From positions 1 through 36,282 of IMG/VR virus record IMGVR_UViG_3300027619_000002: a DNA stretch of 36,282 nucleotides; one strand, written 5' to 3'. The notes beneath the pieces are model-generated. The model saw only the letters and a list, made by a program, of their open reading frames with translations. It was not told the DNA's origin and made no database searches. The stretch comes from a virus. This document shows, one piece after another, positions 15,655 through 23,800 of this stretch. The position numbers were made by a program, and so were the translations under genes. The stretch's first letter is position 1, and each line of letters begins with the position of its first letter.

Positions 15655-16112
15655 GGCAATTTATATGTGCCAGGTCGGAAACATGACAATAGTCTCTTCT
15701 CGTGACACAATGTGACACAAGCAGTCATGACCTGATCCACCCTGAGTGCGGGATTAACTAGTGCTAATGCTTCATGACAAAGTACTACATTTGTCTCCGG
15801 ATTCGATTTATAGAACCCAAGGACGAAAGCCCTAATATTAAACTTAGATTTCTTGCTACGATAATGATAAAATGGGACGTAATCTTTCCACCCCTGCTTT
15901 TTGAGCGACGTGGTACTCGGAACTGTTTCTGTCGTTTCAGAGCCATTAGAATGGCTCTCTTGTGTGAGAGATTCAGAAGGGCCCTTTTTGAAACATCCGG
16001 ATTCGGTCATTAAACTGAGAACTTCCCGGATGTGATTAGAGTCATGTCCATTCTCTACTAGAGTCCGGATCATTTCAGTTCGATTTTTCGGTGATTCTTG
16101 TGTATTGACCAT
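15651..16112 (-). CDS. Hypothetical protein (153 aa)
   Basis: ATG ORF whose stop overlaps the next start (ATGA). No motif recognised. Confidence 0.55.
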   Translation of the reverse strand: MVNTQESPKNRTEMIRTLVENGHDSNHIREVLSLMTESGCFKKGPSESLTQESHSNGSETTETVPSTTSLKKQGWKDYVPFYHYRSKKSKFNIRAFVLGFYKSNPETNVVLCHEALALVNPALRVDQVMTACVTLCHEKRLLSCFRPGTYKLP

Positions 16113-16156
16113 CTTAGATATTTAGAGATCATAAAAAGTTTATCAATATTTTGAAA

Positions 16157-16450
16157 TCACTTCTTCTGTTTTGCTGCCCATTGACGCTGCAATTTTTCTT
16201 CTTCTACAGCAAGCCAAATATGATATGGAGTTTGAAAGGCAATAACTGCTTGTCTTGCAACCTTGTGGGCAGCCAGCACTTCTTTGATTAAATTGCCTGT
16301 GGCTTGATGCATTGCTAGTGTAGATACATCTTCATCGTGAGCAGCTCTCATTGCTAACTTCAATTTTTTAAAGTCATACGTTATACCTTTATGAGTCCAC
16401 ATATCAGGCAACATTTCCGGCCTAACTTGCACTGAATTAGGGTCTCTCAT
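16157..16450 (-). CDS. Hypothetical protein (97 aa from ATG 16450; the ORF track uses TTG 16462)
   Basis: Helical and charged. One of the first genes of the leftward unit. Confidence 0.5.
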   Translation of the reverse strand: MRDPNSVQVRPEMLPDMWTHKGITYDFKKLKLAMRAAHDEDVSTLAMHQATGNLIKEVLAAHKVARQAVIAFQTPYHIWLAVEEEKLQRQWAAKQKK

Positions 16451-16595
16451 CCGAAACTTCAACCATCCTACGACAATCTAAGCACAAATGCCTGATTGCT
16501 TCAATTAATTCCTCGTAATGATCCTCTTCCGTAATGAAGTTTCTCTCACATTGTGCACAAGAGTAATACCAGGTCGGTCTAACTTCACTGTTCAT
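16437..16595 (-). CDS. Small zinc-ribbon protein (52 aa from ATG 16595)
   Basis: MNSEVRPTWYYSCAQCERNF...RHLCLDCRRMVEVSDERP has a CxxC-x23-CxxC arrangement. The ORF-track extension up to 16844 translates the GGGGAC repeat array into low-complexity sequence and is rejected. No clear SD is present. Confidence 0.45.
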   Translation of the reverse strand: MNSEVRPTWYYSCAQCERNFITEEDHYEELIEAIRHLCLDCRRMVEVSDERP

Positions 16596-16626
16596 ATCGG
16601 ACTTTACATTTGAAGATGTTCGTTCT

Positions 16627-16739
16627 GGGGACGGATACCTTAAGATCCCTCGTCCCTCAGTCCCCCGTCCCCTTTTTAAGTTTGGGGACCGGGGACCGGA
16701 CTGATCCCGGGATCCGGGACTGAGTGGGGACTCGGGGAT
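16627..16739. promoter_or_regulatory. Dyad-symmetric array of GGGGAC-type hexamers (candidate operator or iteron array) with a central 12-bp palindrome
   Basis: GGGGAC or GGGAC on the plus strand at 16627, 16684, 16691, 16716 and 16726, plus GGGGAT at 16734 and GGAC at 16698. The complement GTCCC(C) occurs at 16652, 16660 and 16667. Spacing is 7-10 bp. GATCCCGGGATC is a palindrome at 16703..16714. The region is non-coding and lies between divergent gene blocks. Confidence 0.55.
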
Positions 16740-16740
16740 G

Positions 16741-16842
16741 GCAGATTTGATCGTAGAAAATGAGAACACCCACAAATATATGAAATGTATAGTATTATAA
16801 GCCTTCGATGGTTTATTAGGTACAGTAGAAATAGAGGAACTC
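16741..16842. promoter_or_regulatory. AT-rich divergent promoter region (candidate -10 boxes on both strands)
   Basis: A perfect TATAAT lies on the minus strand at 16799..16794 and overlaps TATTAT on the plus strand at 16793..16798. GAGGA at 16834..16838 is the RBS for the ATG at 16843. No convincing -35 elements were seen. Confidence 0.4.
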
Positions 16843-17004
16843 ATGAGTGGTCTATCAAAAAGTCGTCCAGTATTGATCCAATTTCCTGCAAGTAAACAGG
16901 AAAAATCAGATGCTCAGAAACTTGCAAAATCACAAGATATTCCTCTTTCACAACTTATTCGCCGCCTCTTAAAGGAAGAACAAGACAGGGTCACGTCACC
17001 TTAA
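16843..17004 (+). CDS. Ribbon-helix-helix (Arc/CopG-like) DNA-binding protein (53 aa), below the ORF-track size cutoff
   Basis: Manual translation: MSGLSKSRPVLIQFPASKQEKSDAQKLAKSQDIPLSQLIRRLLKEEQDRVTSP. The beta-strand (VLIQFP) followed by two helices is the RHH pattern. GAGGA RBS lies 4 nt upstream. Confidence 0.6.
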   Translation: MSGLSKSRPVLIQFPASKQEKSDAQKLAKSQDIPLSQLIRRLLKEEQDRVTSP

Positions 17005-17011
17005 ATACGTT

Positions 17012-17051
17012 TCAGCCACACTCCCGGGGTCTAATCGGAGAGTGTGGCTGA
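17012..17051 (+). promoter_or_regulatory. Perfect 11-12 bp inverted repeat (stem-loop) between the RHH and helicase genes
   Basis: CAGCCACACTC (17013..17023) pairs with GAGTGTGGCTG (17040..17050), with a 16-nt loop and a flanking T/A pair. No T-run follows it. Confidence 0.5.
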
Positions 17052-17104
17052 GGAAAGAAAAGTTCCATGGAAAAAGTACATTCGAAGTCCAACAAGGTGT
17101 CCAC

Positions 17105-18658
17105 ATGAATAATCTTATTCGTGGACTATTCCAATATGGCTCGGAAGGACCCGAGGCCTCCGAGTGCATGAATAATTGGATTCAACTACAACGTTCGAAC
17201 GTTGAATTCACTGATCAGTTTGATCAGCAGATAATTGACCAAATAAGCCAATGGAACTGGCTTACAACCAAATATTCAGGGGGTGGGGATCGTGAGCAGG
17301 TAATAGATGCTCCATCCTTTGACACCTTGCACAGTTGGTTGGAAAGCCTTAATCAAATAGAGGCATCCAGTCGTTTAGACGAAATAAAAGGATTGCACCC
17401 AAAGATTCGAACTAATTACCAATCATTCATTGTCGCTCGGCAAGACGAACAAAAACTATCAGCCTTTACAAAATTAAATAACACCTGCAACCATATTGCT
17501 GCTCACGGATTAGTTATAACGACCACTAGCCCAACTGGTAAGAAAATAACACGACACTGGAAAGGCATAGCCGACTCAGACGAATATCGTCAACTAATGT
17601 CTGGAAATCTCCACGAATCGGATGATTTCCAAATGAATAATTTGTCCAGTCTTTTAGCATCGCCGGACCAACCATGCAAATATGTGATTCCTCAATTTCG
17701 ATTCGCTGAGGGGCGCCCAAATATGATCATTGCATGGGCAGGTCTGTCAAAGACGTTCCTCATGCTAGATCTCGCTTTATCTGTTGGAGCCGGCCTGCCA
17801 ACTTGTTGGGGTGATGTTGGGGTGATGTTAAAGGGGAAGGTGGCAATATTAGATTATGAAATGGGGATCAAAATCACCAAACGGAGACTTCGACGACTAG
17901 CTTTCGGTCGAGGGATCACTAATTTTGACAACATTGATGTGGTGAGCTTCTCTCCTGTTAGCTTGACTAGCAAAGCCGCGGAGTCTAAGTTCATGCGGCT
18001 TTGCGATGGGCGTGCTCTCTGTGTTATTGATTCGTTTCGAGCGGCAACACCATCCTCGAAGGATGAAAACTCGTCCGAAATGGCCGAATACCTGGTCATG
18101 TTGTCTAAGGTAAGCGACAAAACTGGTTGCATATTTGTGATCCTCCATCATGAGAGAAAAACTCAGGAACTCACGGCTGCCGAAGAATTATCACATGATT
18201 TCACTCAGGACGCTCGTGGGTCATCAGCATTAATGGCGGCGCTTGGTGCAACAATTAGCATCAGACGCGTTAAAGGGTCTGACGATTTCAAAATCTCCCA
18301 GGGCAAAGTATCTATGGGCAGACGTGGTGATAGTGTCCTGTTTCGTTTGGAGGATACGGGGAATACTGTGCCAGATTTTGAGGATCATGAGGGATTAGTA
18401 ATCAAGACGATTAATCCGGGAGATGAGACTGACAATGCTGCCAAAAAGGAACGTGATTTAATCTATCAGACTATTGAAAACTATGGTCCAAAGAGCTTGT
18501 CGGTCTTGCGAGAAATGCTCCGTAAGCAAAATTGGAAGGGAAGGAATGGGGCCGAAAAGAAAGTCCTTGACCAGTTAATAGAAGATGGAGTCGTAATACG
18601 ATCACCAACTGGCGGTTATGTAACGTCTGCCACTGCAACATTTTATGGTGTTATATGA
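17105..18658 (+). CDS. RepA/AAA_25-type RecA-fold replicative helicase or ATPase (517 aa from ATG 17105)
   Basis: Walker A-like IIAWAGLSKTFLMLDLALSVGAG, Walker B ALCVIDSF, and FVILHHERK (the HH..K motif typical of RepA/AAA_25 proteins). The ORF-track GTG start at 17042 lies inside the stem-loop. ATG 17105 has AAGGTG 5 nt upstream. Confidence 0.7.
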   Translation: MNNLIRGLFQYGSEGPEASECMNNWIQLQRSNVEFTDQFDQQIIDQISQWNWLTTKYSGGGDREQVIDAPSFDTLHSWLESLNQIEASSRLDEIKGLHPKIRTNYQSFIVARQDEQKLSAFTKLNNTCNHIAAHGLVITTTSPTGKKITRHWKGIADSDEYRQLMSGNLHESDDFQMNNLSSLLASPDQPCKYVIPQFRFAEGRPNMIIAWAGLSKTFLMLDLALSVGAGLPTCWGDVGVMLKGKVAILDYEMGIKITKRRLRRLAFGRGITNFDNIDVVSFSPVSLTSKAAESKFMRLCDGRALCVIDSFRAATPSSKDENSSEMAEYLVMLSKVSDKTGCIFVILHHERKTQELTAAEELSHDFTQDARGSSALMAALGATISIRRVKGSDDFKISQGKVSMGRRGDSVLFRLEDTGNTVPDFEDHEGLVIKTINPGDETDNAAKKERDLIYQTIENYGPKSLSVLREMLRKQNWKGRNGAEKKVLDQLIEDGVVIRSPTGGYVTSATATFYGVI

Positions 18659-18981
18659 TGACTCTAGATAAAATCCATGACTTGTTAGATTTCAATCATC
18701 GTAATTATACGTCTGCACATAAACTGAATATGAATACTAGTATGTTCTTATTTGCTGCTTTAGAAGCCCATAACGAATTATGGGAGATTCCAATTCAATT
18801 TGAAGATCCAATAATTGAATTGGAACGAATCGCTTCACGACGCAGTAGTCCAATATGTAATCGGGCATTTCCATGTGTTAAATGTGGTAGATTCATTTGG
18901 AAAGGTGAAAGTTTCGAATGGGCCGGACAAAATCTTGATGGTAAATGGGTTCCTAAACATCCTTATGATTGTATAAGATGA
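18655..18981 (+). CDS. Hypothetical protein with a Cys cluster (108 aa)
   Basis: The ATG overlaps the helicase stop (ATGA). Contains CNRAFPCVKCGRF. Confidence 0.55.
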   Translation: MMTLDKIHDLLDFNHRNYTSAHKLNMNTSMFLFAALEAHNELWEIPIQFEDPIIELERIASRRSSPICNRAFPCVKCGRFIWKGESFEWAGQNLDGKWVPKHPYDCIR

Positions 18982-19361
18982 ATTGTAATCACCAGCCCAA
19001 CTCGAACTCTTGTATCAGTTGTCTCTCGCCAGCCTACCAAAATGCTGTTGCATCATTGCAACAGCAATCCGCCGCCTCACAGTATTGGAGCCATCAGATG
19101 ACTTTGTCAAATCATCCTCAGACAAATCAGAATCTAGTTGACCAAGCGAGACCAACACCCATTAGCCCCGGACTCGGGGAGCAGTATGACCAAGCAATTC
19201 GCCAGATCATCATCGAAGAAAACCGATTAAAATTTGTCGAGACTAGACTCGCAGAGTGTGGTCACAGTCTTGCCAAAGCTGTGAAATATGCGGATGACCT
19301 GTGGGCACAATTGGTCGCTGAGAGAGAATTGAAAATCGTTCGAGAGGTTCTAGATGAATAA
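18978..19361 (+). CDS. Hypothetical protein with a VL-tail ending (127 aa from ATG 18978)
   Basis: The ATG overlaps the upstream stop (ATGA). The N-terminus is MNCNHQPNSNSCISC. Ends ...LKIVREVLDE-stop. Confidence 0.55.
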   Translation: MNCNHQPNSNSCISCLSPAYQNAVASLQQQSAASQYWSHQMTLSNHPQTNQNLVDQARPTPISPGLGEQYDQAIRQIIIEENRLKFVETRLAECGHSLAKAVKYADDLWAQLVAERELKIVREVLDE

Positions 19362-19527
19362 CTATTGGCTCACAGATGAGTGTCCTCTCAGCCTCCAAGT
19401 AGAGATGAACAAGATCATCCAAGATATTCAATTTGCCCATCATCAATGGGACGCATGTATTCACAATAGACTTCTTGGTAAATGTGAGGACGAAGATTGC
19501 ATCGTCCAGTTCGTATTACAGGAATAA
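19354..19527 (+). CDS. Small Cys protein, VL-tail family (57 aa), below the ORF-track size cutoff
   Basis: Manual translation: MNNYWLTDECPLSLQVEMNKIIQDIQFAHHQWDACIHNRLLGKCEDEDCIVQFVLQE-stop. The ATG lies inside the last codons of the upstream ORF. It replaces the antisense ORF 19243..19464. Confidence 0.6.
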   Translation: MNNYWLTDECPLSLQVEMNKIIQDIQFAHHQWDACIHNRLLGKCEDEDCIVQFVLQE

Positions 19528-19530
19528 CTT

Positions 19531-19776
19531 ATGTTCGGACACAAGTGGGTTCAATATACTGATAATGGAGAGAAATGTGAATTGTGTGGTCTTTTGCGTA
19601 TAACCAAAACCAAAACCAAAAATCCTAATAATATATTATACGTAGATTATAGCGTATTTAATTCACCCGAATATTTATATTGGAGTTACATAGAAAATCA
19701 TTTCCTGCCATCAGATACTCAGTGCACCGAACAGCGACGTGTTGATTGGATAATCCGACAGGTCTTGGAAGAATGA
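19531..19776 (+). CDS. Small Cys protein with a VL-tail ending (81 aa)
   Basis: Contains CELCG and ends ...DTQCTEQRRVDWIIRQVLEE-stop. AGGA lies 7 nt upstream of the ATG. Confidence 0.55.
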   Translation: MFGHKWVQYTDNGEKCELCGLLRITKTKTKNPNNILYVDYSVFNSPEYLYWSYIENHFLPSDTQCTEQRRVDWIIRQVLEE

Positions 19777-19982
19777 TACATAGGTTTGGTTACCACGGTC
19801 CGTATGTTTGCGAATATGAGTACTTAGCCACTAGCCATTGTAATAAGAGAGGTCAATATTATCGGAACCGATACGGCTTAATAATAGCATTATGCCATTC
19901 TCACATGTTGGATACGATTTCCGATGGATATGTGCTTCTAACTGATGAAGAGGCGCTATGTCATCTAGTTCTTTCGAACTAA
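19773..19982 (+). CDS. Small Cys/His protein with a VL-tail ending (69 aa from ATG 19773)
   Basis: The ATG overlaps the upstream stop (ATGA). Ends ...DEEALCHLVLSN-stop. Confidence 0.5.
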   Translation: MIHRFGYHGPYVCEYEYLATSHCNKRGQYYRNRYGLIIALCHSHMLDTISDGYVLLTDEEALCHLVLSN

Positions 19983-20344
19983 TTATACCACCTCAAACGC
20001 AGTGTGGTGGCCTAGGGTATCCAGCCGGTTGTTGGGAATGTGGCGCAGTATTAGTACGCCGAGAAACTCCGGCCGCGGAGAAAGCAGCTTTTGGTGCTGC
20101 TTGCAAAACCATCGCTGATCAACTAATTGTATGCGGTAAGCACAAAACCCAAGACTCAGCCTGGAATGAGGCCAAAGCTTGGATGCGTGCTCTCAAAACT
20201 GGCGAAGAGACCGAGAGTGAGTATAAAGCTCTAGCTCTGGAAGCCAGTAAATGGTGTGAGGAGCATGATCCGGACGAAGTCCCGATGCTGCGTATTCAAG
20301 AAGATGATCCGGAAGAATACGCTCGAATCATATTGGAAGAATAG
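19958..20344 (+). CDS. Hypothetical Cys-containing acidic protein with an IL-tail ending (128 aa)
   Basis: Contains CGGLGYPAGCWECG and ends ...DPEEYARIILEE-stop. Overlaps the upstream ORF by 25 nt. Confidence 0.55.
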   Translation: MSSSSFELIIPPQTQCGGLGYPAGCWECGAVLVRRETPAAEKAAFGAACKTIADQLIVCGKHKTQDSAWNEAKAWMRALKTGEETESEYKALALEASKWCEEHDPDEVPMLRIQEDDPEEYARIILEE

Positions 20345-20357
20345 TGTAATATCAACG

Positions 20358-20591
20358 ATGACAATTGAGGAATTGATCAATCGCCACGACTGGGCGCATA
20401 GCGACGGCGATGTTATTGGTGGTTGGACCGAATATAGATGTTACCATTGTGATTTAGTCGCTTATAATCATGATGATGGTCTTCCTTTGTACATATATGA
20501 TTATGCTGATGAACCCATTGGTAGTGATGATCCAGGTTGCACTAATGAGGCAAGAGCCTTTGCTGCATGCCGAGAGGTTCTTGAATCTTAA
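20358..20591 (+). CDS. Small Cys protein with a VL-tail ending (77 aa from ATG 20358)
   Basis: Contains RCYHC and ends ...DPGCTNEARAFAACREVLES-stop. It is the last gene of the rightward block. Confidence 0.55.
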   Translation: MTIEELINRHDWAHSDGDVIGGWTEYRCYHCDLVAYNHDDGLPLYIYDYADEPIGSDDPGCTNEARAFAACREVLES

Positions 20592-20592
20592 T

Positions 20593-20817
20593 TTATTTAG
20601 TGTGAGATTTTACAACCGCCAACACCGCAACATCTAATACTTTCTTAGCTCCTTCGACACCGAACTTCTGTTCTAGATTATGGAGTAACTTGCGTTTCGT
20701 CGCGGATGAGAGAGTGAACTCTTGTTCTATCTCAGTGTTAGATACAGGTTTCCATAAGCCATATTCACGTTCGATTTCATCCGTGAAATCCTGAGGCGAC
20801 CAAACAATTGGGATCAT
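20593..20817 (-). CDS. Hypothetical protein (74 aa), last gene of the leftward unit; possible fibre assembly factor
   Basis: The ATG overlaps the fibre gene stop (ATGA). The product call is by position only. Confidence 0.5.
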   Translation of the reverse strand: MIPIVWSPQDFTDEIEREYGLWKPVSNTEIEQEFTLSSATKRKLLHNLEQKFGVEGAKKVLDVAVLAVVKSHTK

Positions 20818-23800
20818 GCGATCCTCACAACATTGAAATTACATGTTTCCCATGGAGGAGGGTTTTGATAAAATGTATTATAACTTTGGAATATAATGCT
20901 TTCAGCTGCTCCATAAATGGAAATAATAGCCCCCGCGGGGCAATATACTATACAACTACCATTGGCAACTACTGTCCAAAGAGTTGTGGTACCAGCTGTT
21001 GGCCCCGCGGATGAGAGAGCTGTTACCACACCATTATATGCAAATACCCCGTTTATCCCAACATAAAAATATTGTATCCTAGTTGAAGCTGTTGCTGTAT
21101 CACCACCAGGTGTTATCTGGAAATTAACTAAATAATAACCAGCATTCGTCACTGTTATTCCAGTATAACCTATAGTCATATTTGACACCACCCCCGTGGC
21201 AGTACCAGTCCACCCCCCGATTATGGCGCCAGTCAATCCACCCGAGTTGGGAAGTGTAACACCATATGATTGTCCAAATGCCTGTGCGTATCCTGGTGTT
21301 ATACCTCCTCCGCCACCTCCGGCGGGTCCGGTGACTCCTTGAACTCCTGTAGCTCCCTGTGGACCTGTCGCACCTTGTGATCCGTTAGATCCGGCCGGAC
21401 CTGTGGGTCCGGTTACACCAGGGGATCCTTGAATACCCTGGGGCCCTGTGGGTCCATTTGAAGGACCCGTAGCCCCCTGTGGGCCAGTAGCACCTTGCGC
21501 CCCGGCAGACCCTGCCGGGCCAGTTGGCCCGGTTACACCAGGGGATCCCTGTGGACCCTGACTGCCATTTGCGCCATTAGGTCCAGTTGCCCCTGTTACG
21601 CCAGGTGATCCTTGAATACCTTGGGATCCATTAGCGCCGGCCGGGCCAGTTGGTCCTGTGGCCCCAGTGACACCTTGGGGACCTGTTGGCCCACCATAGG
21701 GGCCTGTAACACCAGCTGGCCCGGTGGGGCCCATAGCCCCCTGCACACCAGATTGTAATGTGACAGTCAAATAGGCGTTATTTACTACTCCGCCATTTTG
21801 AGCGGTGATGGTTCTGAGTGTTACTACATCATTCGCATTAAGTTGTTTGAGACCTTGAACAACTAGCAGCTGTGTTGCTGATGTATTAGTTAGAGATAAA
21901 TCTTGTGCTTGGGTTCCATTAATATAAACCGCCAATCCTGAGACATATAAGCTACCACCATCAGTTAATCCAACAATTAGATACGTTCCGGCTTGAAGAA
22001 CTGTGACTGATGAATTACTCGTGTTTAATGTAGTCTGATTCGATGGACCGCTGGCATTGAATGGAATGGTTACTGGCCCGCCACCTGATGGAACACTGAC
22101 GCCAGATCCCCATAATCCACCAAATACTCCGGTAGCACCGGCGGCCGGGCCAGTAACTCCCTGTGCACCAGTAGGTCCTTGTGGTCCAGTAGGACCAGTT
22201 GAACCTTGCGGTCCAGTAGATCCTGCCCCAGCCGGGCCCGTGGGACCTGTAGCCCCAGTGACCCCTTGGATACCTTGTGGACCCTGAGGTCCAGTAGATC
22301 CTGTGACGCCAGGTGACCCTTGGGGACCAGTAGATCCAGTGACACCCTGAATACCTTGTGATCCTTGGGGTCCAGTAGATCCTGTGACACCAGGTGATCC
22401 TTGTGGTCCGGTAGATCCTGTGACACCTTGAATACCTTGTGGTCCTTGGGGACCGGTAGATCCTGTGACACCAGATGACCCTTGTGGTCCGGTGGCACCA
22501 GTAACCCCATTGATTCCTTGTAAACCAGTAGCTCCTTGTGGACCTGTAACACCTTGGGGTCCTGTAGGTCCACCATAAGGGCCTGTAACACCTTGAATGC
22601 CTGTGGCCCCTTGCGCACCCGTGGGACCAGTTGCCCCAGTGACTCCTTGGATACCCTGTGGTCCCTGAGGCCCAGTAGCACCAGTCTGACCTTGGGGTCC
22701 TGTGGGCCCAGTGACTCCTTGAACACCTTGTGCACCAGTGGGGCCTGTAGCACCAGTGATCCCTTGAATACCTTGTGGTCCCTGATTCCCTTGGGGCCCG
22801 GTTGCTCCTCTTGCACCAGTGGGACCCGTGGCCCCAGTTAATCCTTGTGGGCCCGTAGGTCCACCATAAGGTCCTGTGACACCAGCTGGACCTGTAACAC
22901 CTGTTGCACCTTGTTTTGAGCTAACATTCCATACAGTGAATTGAACTTGTGACAGCGTAGCCAGTTCTGATTGTTCGTTATTTACTAATAGCGTTAGAAC
23001 ATCGCCAGAGTTTAATGCCAACAACCCAGTAATAGCTATAGTTCCTTGATCTGAATGATCAAAACCAACTGGGCCCCAAATTAGATTTGGTTGAGGTACA
23101 CCATTTTTAAGAACTTGTAATATTAACTGAATATCAAATCCATATTCATATGTTATGCCACCTGTTACACTAACTCCATATATGTCAGTCTGATTTACAG
23201 TAATAGATGAATTAGTGCCGGATACTAATGTAACATTTGTTGATATACCAGAATTACTGAATGCTACAGTTCCAGTATAACTCCCTGTTGCTGTTGTTGA
23301 GGTGGTTGAGTATAACTGTCCGTATGCGGGAGATATTGTGCCAGTTCCTAATGGACCACCAGGACCGGTAGTTCCTTGAATACCTTGTGGCCCTGTGACT
23401 CCACGTGCACCAGTAGGTCCTTGAATACCTTGTGGCCCTGTGACACCTTGTGGCCCAGTTGGCCCACCATATGGGCCTGTGACACCGGGTGAGCCTTGAC
23501 TTCCTTGTAATCCAGTTGGACCTTTACTTCCTGTTGGTCCTTGTAATCCAGTTGGACCCTGTGGTCCCGTAACCCCCTGCACACCCTGTAATCCAATACC
23601 ACCTACACTGACAACAGAGAAAAACGCAGAATCAATGACAATCCCTGTAGAAACGAAAGATTCTAATGATTTACCTATTGCTTGAACATTAAAAACATCA
23701 CCACCTGTCGCACTAGCTAAAGCAATGACAGTTGTAGTCGTGAATTGGCTGGAATCTTCATCAAGTATACCCGTATCAGTCTGAGACGTAAGTAATAATG

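Noticed and set aside
16596-16844. N-terminal extension of ORF 16437..16844 (135 aa) across the control region
   Set aside because: The extension translates the GGGGAC/GTCCCC repeat array into low-complexity PESPLSPGSRDQSGPRSPNLKRGRGTEGRG. Its ATG overlaps the divergent RHH start (CATG). The zinc-ribbon part starting at ATG 16595 is the credible gene.
17042-17104. GTG start at 17042 for the helicase gene
   Set aside because: The GTG lies inside the right arm of the perfect hairpin and has no RBS. ATG 17105 has AAGGTG upstream. The 21-codon difference does not affect the functional call.
19243-19464. Minus-strand ORF (73 aa) in the rightward block
   Set aside because: It is antisense to two plus-strand ORFs. 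One is the manually found 57-aa family member 19354..19527, which carries the conserved CEDEDCIVQFVLQE tail.
20817-21302. Diversity-generating retroelement targeting the fibre C-terminal domain
   Set aside because: No reverse transcriptase ORF exists anywhere in the closed genome. I saw no template-repeat copy of the fibre 3-prime end elsewhere.
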